DNA of 50,519 nucleotides from an uncultured Pseudomonadota bacterium (GTDB lineage Bacteria; Pseudomonadota; Alphaproteobacteria; RF32; CAG-239): NCBI GenBank assembly GCA_949295935.1, contig CASFMW010000012.1, positions 1 to 50,519 of the forward strand, read 5' to 3'. Shown piece by piece: positions 8,063 to 15,602 of this stretch (position 1 is its first letter; each line of letters starts with the position of its first letter). The notes under the pieces were generated by a model. It saw only the letters and a program-made list of their open reading frames with translations, ran no database searches and was not told where the DNA came from. The position numbers and the translations under genes were made by a program.

Positions 8063-11000
8063 TTAATTCCTCCGGTTCTTTGCAACTTCCTGCAAAGCAT
8101 AGCCTGATACCTTTTTATCCAAATCAATATAAGAGCCGTTATTTTTTACGTTTCCGATTAACTCGCCCTTTTGCCCTAGAACAGAGCCGTTTGCGGCCAA
8201 GCGGCCGATGTAATTTCCTTTATTGTCTAAAATTGAAGCGCCTATCTTAAAGACACGGCCGATTATATTGTTTTCGTTATCAACAGCTATTTCCTCGTTC
8301 AGCATATGTCCGATTTCGCTCCCGTCTTCTCCTTTAATCTTTCCGTTAAGCATAACATATCCTGCAAATTTGTCACTGTTATTTATTATGATATCTCCTT
8401 TTACTATTGCTCCGGTCAAACTGCCGTTTTTATTGACGATGCTGCCGTCTGACAGAACTCGCCCGTACTCAATGTTTGAGGTATCAATAACACTACCGTC
8501 AGGAAGAACTGTTCCAGAAACATTTCCTTCAAAATCTAGGAAAGTTCCTCTTCTTAAAAGGCTTAAATCTTTATCGGTTGAGCCTCCGGGCAAAATTGCC
8601 GTGATTGTTTGATTGCGCATATCAATAACATCACCTAAGGAATTCATGCGTCCTTTATATTCGCCCCAAATATCAACCATGATATTTTCTTTTATAACTT
8701 CGCCTGTGACTTCTCCTCTGCTGTTAAGCGCCTTTCCGTCGGAACTGACTCGGCCGACTTTATCCCCTTCTCCGTCGATAATATCTCCGTTGCTGATGGC
8801 GTAACCGATATAACTGCCATCATAACCGATTGCGGGACCGCTAAGGGCAACTGCTCCCTGATATTCGCCTTTTGAATTGATTAAACGACCATTTCCATCT
8901 ATCTTGCCGATATTGTCACCGAAACGGCTTATTACACGGCCGTCGCTAAGCGTTTTTCCAATGCTTTGACCATTAAAATCAACGACTTCTCCTTGTGGCA
9001 AATTTATGCCTAGCTGGCCATTATAAAAGTTAAATCCGTCCCCTTTTATTGTTCCGACTTCAGCGCCTTGGCCGTTGTAAACTTTTCCGTCGGCAAAGAC
9101 ACGCCCGATAAAATTACCATTAGAATCGGCTATAACCGTTTTAGGGTCAAGGGCTATTCCTTTTATCTTATTATTATCGTCAACAAGAATGTTATTTGCC
9201 AAAAGACGATACTCGCCTTCTCCGGCAACAGAAACTTTTGCATTTTCATCAACCATGTTTAAGAAATTGCCGTTCATGTCAAATCCATAGGTGGCATTTT
9301 GGATACGACCGATGTATGCTCCTTCTCGGTTAAAAATATCTCCGGAAGCTCCGATACATCCTATTGGCAGCATTGACTTGTTTGTTATCACGCCATCATC
9401 AGAAACCTGACCTAAGTATTCTCCATCAAAAGACACGGCTACACCCTCTTTTTGAGCTCCGCCGATTATTTCGCCTTTATCATTCAAAACACTTCCATCC
9501 GGATTAACGCAACCGACATATTCGCCTTGAGCGCCTCGGACTAATCCATCGCTTCCGATTTCTCCTATCATATTGCATTTATTATCAAAAGCTCTTCCGG
9601 TGCGGACAACCTCTCCGATATACTGATTGTTCGAATCGACGACTGTTCCATCAGGCATAACTTTATATCCAAGCTCTTCACTGCCTTTTCTTATTTTTCC
9701 ATCTTGTTCCAAATAACCAATATTACGGCACCCATAGCCAACGACCAGTCCGCCTCTGACCATTTTTGCAATTACTTTTGAGCCACTACTGTCTTTTACC
9801 AATCCATTTGATAAGACTCTTCCGATAATGCTTCCATCTTGGTTGGTTATGCTACCATCATTATTTACTTTTCCCAAAACATCACCGTTTGGCTTTATCG
9901 GAATCATCTCGGTAGAGACCAAAGTTCCTATTTTTTTTCCGGTTAAGCCTATAATATTTCCGTTTTCATCAAGAATTCCTATTTGTTGCCCGTTTGCGCC
10001 AATTACTCTATTGTCAGAAGTTACATATCCAATAATTTTTCCATTTTCATCTCGCACAATCCTTACTGCGTCTCCTACTCTTCCGATTTCATTGCCATTG
10101 GCATCGATTATTCTTCCGTCTTCTGTTACACGACCTATGATATTGCCATTGAAATCTCTTACATTTCCATCTTCATCGACATAACCTATAACATTTCCAT
10201 CCTTATCATAGGCTAATCTTCTCATATCAGATTGCGCCGTATTGACCTGACCAATTATATTTCCTCTGCTATCTATTATTTTTCCATCAGGAAGCATTTT
10301 TCCGGCAATTTCGCCAGCGTTATTTATAAAGTTTCCTTCTTCATCAACATAACCGATTACTTTTCCTGAAGAATCATTTACAAGGAGCCCTTTCTCAGAC
10401 ACTTTTCCGATAATATCGCCATCAAGAGGAACAACTTTTCCGTTTTCATCCAAACGACCAATGATATTACCATTAAAATCTCTTACATTTCCGTCTTCAT
10501 CGGCATATCCAATGATACGCCCATTGGCGTCTCTTATTAAATTTACCTTATCTCCTACTCTTCCGATTTCATTACCATTGGCATCGATTATTCTTCCGTC
10601 TTCTGTTACGCGACCTATGATATTGCCATTGAAATCTCTTACATTTCCATCTTCATCGACATAACCTATAACATTTCCATCCTTGTCATAGGCCAAACGA
10701 TATCCTGTCCCCTGATCTTTTTCTAGCTGTTGTCCAAGATTATCGGCTTGATTTATAATTTGACCGTTTTCTAGGACTTTTCCTATTTTGTTACCATTAA
10801 AGTCAACGACATTTCCTGCATCATCTACATAACCAATAATTTTTCCCTCATTATCTCGGGCTAATCTTCTATCGCCATTGACTGTACCCAAAACATCTTT
10901 AGTGATAATATTGCCATCTGAATCCGCCCAGCCGACAATATTACCGTTGCCATCGACGACCGTTCCATCTGGCATAACCACACCTAAAATCTTGCCGTCT

Positions 11001-12133
11001 TTGTCAATTGCAACTCTGCCGGGTTTTGAAACTTTTCCTACAACATTGTTTTTAAAATCTACGGCCTCTCCTTTGGAATTAATACGGCCGATTACATTGT
11101 TTTCTTTGTCAACAACACTGCCATCTTCCAGTACGCGCCCGATTATATTACCTTTATCATCGTAAACAAAGCCAGTATCAACTGCTTTTCCCAATATATT
11201 ACCGTTATTATCAACAACTGTTCCATCTGGTTGTAATTTGCCGATAATATTGCCATCTTTGTCAACAACTGTGCCGTCTGGGTTTACATAGCCAATAACA
11301 TTTCCATTTTCATCCAATACAATTCTGCGATTTGAACCGACACCAATAACATTTCCATCAGCATCAATCACCATACCATTTGCATTAACACGGCCGATTA
11401 TATTGCCGTTTTTATCACGAACATAGCCTCTTTCATCTATGCTGCCGATTTCTTTTCCGTCTGAACCAACTGCTATCCCGACTGTCTTGGGTTGCGCTTG
11501 AGGTACTTCTAACGCAGGAGCGTCAACAGTTTCACAAAAGTTGCAATCTTCTTTGGTAACAGCATTTCCGATAACTGGAACTTTTTCTGACTTTTTGTTG
11601 CCTTCGCCCAAATTTGTCTCGTACCATGTGACAATAAAGTTATTTTGCATATTTCCGGTTACTACAGGAGACCACCTAATGACAATATTGCAGGTTCTTT
11701 CTCCACGTAACTCCATACGGCTACATCTCTCTTGAAATTTAAATCCATCTGCCGGCGGCTCGGCTAACTCAACAGAAACAATTGTTATTGGAACGCGTCC
11801 CGTTGTTCCGATTGTTAGAACATTGTCTGCCGATGTTCCAACTAAAACTTGTCCCAATGGTATTGGGTTTGGCGTTAAAGTTATAGGCAAAGGAGCATCG
11901 TCTAAATTATTAAATTCTATATTATTATCTAAAGGGCTTACATCGCCAAAATTTAGAGCATCGTCATTGTCTGTGAAAACTGGATCTGTATATTCACTTG
12001 TCTGCTCTCCACTATTTAGCAACAAATATAAACCTATCAAGAATATCAATAACGATGTAATACCAACCGCAAGAATTATGCGGTTGGTTTTTTTTACATA
12101 TACCTCTGAATAAGTTAGATTTTCTTTCGTCAT
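8063..12133 (-). CDS. inner-membrane-anchored giant repeat protein (1356 aa), candidate N-terminal half of a split VirB10
   Basis: 18-aa N-terminus plus a single TM helix IILAVGITSLLIFLIGLYLLL (12017-12079). Ig/PapD/ASH-like segment ...CSRMELRGERTCNIVIRWSPVVTG... (approx 11549-11896). A continuous 17-residue repeat array then runs to the C-terminus. The start overlaps the virB9 stop (ATGA). The stop lies in frame with, and 3 nt from, the virB10 start. Confidence 0.8.
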   Translation of the reverse strand: MTKENLTYSEVYVKKTNRIILAVGITSLLIFLIGLYLLLNSGEQTSEYTDPVFTDNDDALNFGDVSPLDNNIEFNNLDDAPLPITLTPNPIPLGQVLVGTSADNVLTIGTTGRVPITIVSVELAEPPADGFKFQERCSRMELRGERTCNIVIRWSPVVTGNMQNNFIVTWYETNLGEGNKKSEKVPVIGNAVTKEDCNFCETVDAPALEVPQAQPKTVGIAVGSDGKEIGSIDERGYVRDKNGNIIGRVNANGMVIDADGNVIGVGSNRRIVLDENGNVIGYVNPDGTVVDKDGNIIGKLQPDGTVVDNNGNILGKAVDTGFVYDDKGNIIGRVLEDGSVVDKENNVIGRINSKGEAVDFKNNVVGKVSKPGRVAIDKDGKILGVVMPDGTVVDGNGNIVGWADSDGNIITKDVLGTVNGDRRLARDNEGKIIGYVDDAGNVVDFNGNKIGKVLENGQIINQADNLGQQLEKDQGTGYRLAYDKDGNVIGYVDEDGNVRDFNGNIIGRVTEDGRIIDANGNEIGRVGDKVNLIRDANGRIIGYADEDGNVRDFNGNIIGRLDENGKVVPLDGDIIGKVSEKGLLVNDSSGKVIGYVDEEGNFINNAGEIAGKMLPDGKIIDSRGNIIGQVNTAQSDMRRLAYDKDGNVIGYVDEDGNVRDFNGNIIGRVTEDGRIIDANGNEIGRVGDAVRIVRDENGKIIGYVTSDNRVIGANGQQIGILDENGNIIGLTGKKIGTLVSTEMIPIKPNGDVLGKVNNDGSITNQDGSIIGRVLSNGLVKDSSGSKVIAKMVRGGLVVGYGCRNIGYLEQDGKIRKGSEELGYKVMPDGTVVDSNNQYIGEVVRTGRAFDNKCNMIGEIGSDGLVRGAQGEYVGCVNPDGSVLNDKGEIIGGAQKEGVAVSFDGEYLGQVSDDGVITNKSMLPIGCIGASGDIFNREGAYIGRIQNATYGFDMNGNFLNMVDENAKVSVAGEGEYRLLANNILVDDNNKIKGIALDPKTVIADSNGNFIGRVFADGKVYNGQGAEVGTIKGDGFNFYNGQLGINLPQGEVVDFNGQSIGKTLSDGRVISRFGDNIGKIDGNGRLINSKGEYQGAVALSGPAIGYDGSYIGYAISNGDIIDGEGDKVGRVSSDGKALNSRGEVTGEVIKENIMVDIWGEYKGRMNSLGDVIDMRNQTITAILPGGSTDKDLSLLRRGTFLDFEGNVSGTVLPDGSVIDTSNIEYGRVLSDGSIVNKNGSLTGAIVKGDIIINNSDKFAGYVMLNGKIKGEDGSEIGHMLNEEIAVDNENNIIGRVFKIGASILDNKGNYIGRLAANGSVLGQKGELIGNVKNNGSYIDLDKKVSGYALQEVAKNRRN
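10071..10213 (-). repeat. 143-bp direct repeat, copy 1 (partner at 10551-10693)
   Basis: Aligned by eye, with 3 mismatches (10094, 10130, 10205). The offset is exactly 480 bp, so in frame. Encodes RLAYDKDGNVIGYVDEDGNVRDFNGNIIGRVTEDGRIIDANGNEIGRVGD. Confidence 0.9.
10551..10693 (-). repeat. 143-bp direct repeat, copy 2
   Basis: See copy 1. A more diverged third partial copy lies around 10441-10530. Confidence 0.9.
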
Positions 12134-13755
12134 TGGGTCCTTACTACGCTACAAAATACTCCGTTACGTCCTAAGCGGCTGCATATCATGTCGCCATCTT
12201 CTAGCTTCTTTATCGGCCCTATTCTCAAATGGAATAATTCTTTTCCATGGCCATCTGCCGGCGTATCAACTGAGTAATATGGTTCGTAGCCGGTCAGCAA
12301 ATCGCCATATTTTTTGCTTAAGTCAGCCCAAAGAGCTTCAAGGTTGCTGACATTAGAATCTGTTCCAAGTTCGATGGAAACATCTCCGCTGCCCGCCCCA
12401 TTAAGGCCCTCACCAAAACTCAATGCACCAACAAAGCTATTGCTCTTTGAGTAGTCTTGGGTATTGGTGATATGCTGCATTTGAGAGTAGTCAAAATCAT
12501 CTCCTTGTCCACCCTGATTTGAAACATTGGGCGGATAATAAATGTCTAACATTGAGTTTCCTTGTGCAGGATATCCGCCTTTGGTTCCGACAGGTTGATT
12601 ATATCCTAAATTTCCGGGTAGACCGCCAGACAGCTCTCTTGTATTATTTCCTAAGCCCTGCATTATCATTCCATCACCAAAGTCAGATGGATGCTGTGCA
12701 GGAATCGGCGCCGTTTGAGACCATTCGTTTGCAAATAAATCATCTGCATAGCTTATATTTTCCAGCCCGACTTCATCTGAACGGCGCAGCTTTAAGCAGA
12801 CTATTCTTTTGCCGTTACGCAGGACCATGTCGCCTATACCTTCAACAATTATCAAGCGATTGTTTGGCCCCTTTGTTCTGAAGCCTACAGGAATTTCTGA
12901 ACGTTCCACAATCATCGTAACTATTGGTCGCTGAACCATATTCAAGGCTTTGGCGCCTAAATCAATATAAGTAAAAATATCGTCTCGCCATACCCTTTCA
13001 GGCGCAATAACAACATCATCTGGATTTGGGATATATATTTCTATATCAAATCTGAATTTTGCTGGATCAACAGGGATCTCCTCAATCCAATTATTGCGCT
13101 GATTTCTTTTAGTTGCTGTTGAAGCGACGGATTTTCCGCCGCCTGCACTAAAATTTCCGCCGATACTTCCTCTTCCACCAAAACTATGGTTTCCTCCACC
13201 GGCACCGCCGTCGTTTAATACTTCAATATCAATAATAGAGTTTGTGAGGCGTTCGGTATTTACCCCTTCACTTTTTACATAAAAAACATATCTGTTTCCT
13301 GAACGCCCAAATAAGATGATATTCGTATCAACGCCGACATTGGCTCCTTTGCGTGGATAGAGCAATATCGTATTAGGGCCGGTGATCTGACCATCTATAG
13401 CCGCATTATCTCCGATATACATATCTTCAATCAGCTCCCAATCAGGAAAATTAACCAGCGTCATCATCCCTTCTCTCAGGCGTATTGGCAAGACTAAATC
13501 TGGGCTCCAATAATATTTTGAATAAGCAGGCCTTGACTGCCCTTCTCCTAGATTTTGCAACGGGTCAAGCCATGCTGCCTGCGTCATTCCTAGAGAGCTG
13601 AAACCTGCATAACCCAAATCCATGGGCATGTATTGTCCCTGGCTTTGATCAGCATTTTGATCAAGATTATTCATCGTCACCTGCGACTTTACCCCTGTTG
13701 ACATAAATATTATGCCACCGCTAAGAATAAGTATTTTTGATAATTTCTTGATCAT
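12130..13755 (-). CDS. virB9: VirB9/TrbG-family protein with Gly-rich linker and C-terminal SPOR domain (541 aa)
   Basis: Signal peptide. VirB9 N-domain-like YYWSPDLVLPIRLREGMMTLVNF...NRYVFYVKSEG. VirB9 C-domain-like FRFDIEI...IFTYIDLG...RLIIVEG. C-terminal 83 aa (12133-12381), VSIELGT...ALWADLSKKYGDLL...LFHLRIGPIKKLEDGDMICSRLGRNGVFCSVVR, fits the SPOR pattern. Confidence 0.85.
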   Translation of the reverse strand: MIKKLSKILILSGGIIFMSTGVKSQVTMNNLDQNADQSQGQYMPMDLGYAGFSSLGMTQAAWLDPLQNLGEGQSRPAYSKYYWSPDLVLPIRLREGMMTLVNFPDWELIEDMYIGDNAAIDGQITGPNTILLYPRKGANVGVDTNIILFGRSGNRYVFYVKSEGVNTERLTNSIIDIEVLNDGGAGGGNHSFGGRGSIGGNFSAGGGKSVASTATKRNQRNNWIEEIPVDPAKFRFDIEIYIPNPDDVVIAPERVWRDDIFTYIDLGAKALNMVQRPIVTMIVERSEIPVGFRTKGPNNRLIIVEGIGDMVLRNGKRIVCLKLRRSDEVGLENISYADDLFANEWSQTAPIPAQHPSDFGDGMIMQGLGNNTRELSGGLPGNLGYNQPVGTKGGYPAQGNSMLDIYYPPNVSNQGGQGDDFDYSQMQHITNTQDYSKSNSFVGALSFGEGLNGAGSGDVSIELGTDSNVSNLEALWADLSKKYGDLLTGYEPYYSVDTPADGHGKELFHLRIGPIKKLEDGDMICSRLGRNGVFCSVVRTQ

Positions 13756-13789
13756 TGATATGTTACCTTATTTTAATGCTCTTTATTTT

Positions 13790-14515
13790 TTATTTTAACT
13801 TATTATAAGTTAATGAATACTGTACAACAGTGAAACCAATCGGATTTTTTAATCTCTCACCATATCTTACCGTTTTAGCACGATAAGCAATTCTCATGCT
13901 GGCAGTCCAATAGTTTACATCCGGACGAGGAGAATCCGGATACATGTCTTGTGTTTCATATTCAACCTGCCACAACCCGCGCCCAAGCTCATTAACCGTT
14001 AATATTCTTACCGTTCTTTGCAAATTTCTGGTTCTAATCAATTCAAGTGCTCGCTGAGCCGTGTTTTTCAAAAAATCATCGTAAACAGCTTGCGAAGACA
14101 TCTCCTGAACAAGTCCTCCAGGCATCCAACGCGCCTCCATTTCAGGAATATCCCTATCAAAGGTACTACGAAGAAGAACATATTCACGAACAAAAACTTC
14201 AGTTATAGACTTTTCATCTTCCATATTCTTTACTTGTTGAATATTGTAAACTTGCTCTTCTTTATTTTGAAAAGTCAAAAGAAACGGCTCTATGCGATAG
14301 AGAGGGATAACTTGAGTTATCGCCAAAAGCAAAACAATATTACAGCACAGACTTATTGCTGTAATTATTGCAAATGCTCTTGCAACCCAAAGATATCTCT
14401 TCTCTCCGGCATTTCCTACGAATATATCTTTGTCAGCACGAGCTTGTATCGGGGCTGCTTTGCCTCCTTCTAGTAATTTTTGATTACTCCCACCTTCGGG
14501 CAACCGTTCAACCAT
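13790..14515 (-). CDS. virB8: VirB8 (bitopic inner-membrane T4SS component)
   Basis: RYLWVARAFAIITAISLCCNIVLLLAI TM helix followed by EPFLLTF..., FVREYVLLRSTFD and an NTF2-like C-terminal region. Size is 241 aa. Position is upstream of virB9. Confidence 0.85.
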   Translation of the reverse strand: MVERLPEGGSNQKLLEGGKAAPIQARADKDIFVGNAGEKRYLWVARAFAIITAISLCCNIVLLLAITQVIPLYRIEPFLLTFQNKEEQVYNIQQVKNMEDEKSITEVFVREYVLLRSTFDRDIPEMEARWMPGGLVQEMSSQAVYDDFLKNTAQRALELIRTRNLQRTVRILTVNELGRGLWQVEYETQDMYPDSPRPDVNYWTASMRIAYRAKTVRYGERLKNPIGFTVVQYSLTYNKLK

Positions 14516-14531
14516 ATTTGCACGCCTTTTG

Positions 14532-14720
14532 TTATATTGTTTCTATATACCAATCAGGCAAATTTTTGGGCAAATCAAGCTGAAGACAAGCGCACGGGGA
14601 AAGCTTTAATTCATCCACAGCTTTTCCTATTCCTATTGGTTCTGCTTCATAGTATGAACCAAATACTCCGCAGGCTGAAACCAGCACGGCTCCCATGATG
14701 ATAATTATTTTTTTTCTCAT
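14532..14720 (-). CDS. virB7: small lipoprotein, VirB7 candidate (62 aa)
   Basis: Lipobox LVSA|C after a basic/hydrophobic leader. Size and position (between two virB8 genes, upstream of virB9) fit VirB7. No sequence-level homology can be asserted. Confidence 0.55.
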   Translation of the reverse strand: MRKKIIIIMGAVLVSACGVFGSYYEAEPIGIGKAVDELKLSPCACLQLDLPKNLPDWYIETI

Positions 14721-14833
14721 CTAAGGCCCTTTCTCTTTATGCTTTTTTGTCTTATCTTTTTTATTGATATACTTTTTTATTATAAAAGTATAGCGACAAA
14801 CAGAGAAAATCCCCAACTATCTCATCTATTTAT

Positions 14834-15589
14834 TTACATTGCAACTTCTGATTGGGAATACCTTGTTACCGTAAAACCTAATGGATTTATTAATCTTAGA
14901 CCAACAAATTGGCGAGAGGGAATAAAAAAGGCTGTTACTGAAGCTGTCCAGTATCTTATTCTTAATGACATTCCTCTTGTTGATTCATCTCTTTGAACAT
15001 CTGATAAATCATAGGTACGAAAATCAACTTTCCAAACAGGACTTTTTTCCCCACCAACTCGTCCTACCGATATTATTTGCACCTCTCTAACTACTCTGGC
15101 TTGCATAATATTACTCCAGTTATTTTCGCGATAGGTATTAAACGCATCAAAAACATATTCTGATGACATGAAATTTACCATACCGCCCGGATACCAGCGC
15201 AGCATCATCTCCATTTCATCTCTTATTATTGTATTTCTTAGTATCACGTATTGTTTAATGAACATTTCCATCAACTGATTCTTAGAGGCCATATCTGTTG
15301 CTATTGGCTCATCTCTTACAATACCTTCTGAGCTGTTCTGATTAATTATTAAAAATGGCTCTACCGTCACCTCTTGACTTAATTTAAATAAAGATAGCGT
15401 CGAACTTAAAAAAATGACAAGAGAGACTGTGGCTAAAACTATAAATAGCCTAGAAAGCCAAAGATAATATATGTATTTTGCACTAATCTTCTCTTCTTCA
15501 GCTCGCTGTAAAAATTCATGTTCCTTTTCCTTGCCGTCTGTTAACAAAGCTTGTTTTTCGGCATTTATGCGGTTTATTTCTTCTGGCAT
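14834..15589 (-). CDS. VirB8 paralog (251 aa from ATG 15589)
   Basis: Same architecture as VirB8: YYLWLSRLFIVLATVSLVIFL TM helix, EPFLIINQ, FIKQYVILRNTI. ATG at 15589 has GAGGA 6 nt upstream and lies downstream of the preceding stop. The track start at 15616 is a GTG overlapping the upstream gene. Confidence 0.8.
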   Translation of the reverse strand: MPEEINRINAEKQALLTDGKEKEHEFLQRAEEEKISAKYIYYLWLSRLFIVLATVSLVIFLSSTLSLFKLSQEVTVEPFLIINQNSSEGIVRDEPIATDMASKNQLMEMFIKQYVILRNTIIRDEMEMMLRWYPGGMVNFMSSEYVFDAFNTYRENNWSNIMQARVVREVQIISVGRVGGEKSPVWKVDFRTYDLSDVQRDESTRGMSLRIRYWTASVTAFFIPSRQFVGLRLINPLGFTVTRYSQSEVAM

Positions 15590-15602
15590 TGTCTTTCCTC
15601 TT

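Larger units (their letters stand above)
8066..11482 (-). repeat. coding array of ~17-residue repeats (DxxGNxIGxVxxDGxVV)
   Basis: Example units: DKNGNIIGRVNANGMVI, DENGNVIGYVNPDGTVV, DKDGNIIGKLQPDGTVV, DNNGNILGKAVDTGFVY, DDKGNIIGRVLEDGSVV. Confidence 0.8.

Noticed and set aside
9931-9938. Homopolymeric tracts (A8/T8) inside coding regions (here and e.g. 29641-29648) as phase-variation switches
   Set aside because: Tracts of this length are expected by chance in such AT-rich DNA. No evidence of length variation is available from a single sequence.
8223-11165. Many plus-strand ORFs in the track (e.g. 8223-8612, 9828-10184, 10461-10664, 10878-11165) with Pro/Ser/Leu/Thr-rich periodic translations
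   Set aside because: They are antisense shadows of the minus-strand repeat array. Their periodicity mirrors the repeats, and they lack starts with ribosome-binding sites or any independent signal.
4935-11482. Regular DNA periodicity that could suggest a CRISPR array or Rhs/YD-repeat toxin
   Set aside because: The period is ~51 bp of continuous coding sequence without unique spacers, so it is not CRISPR. The units lack the conserved Tyr-Asp dipeptide, and there is no RHS core or PxxxxDPxGL boundary motif. The second protein ends in a VirB10 domain instead.
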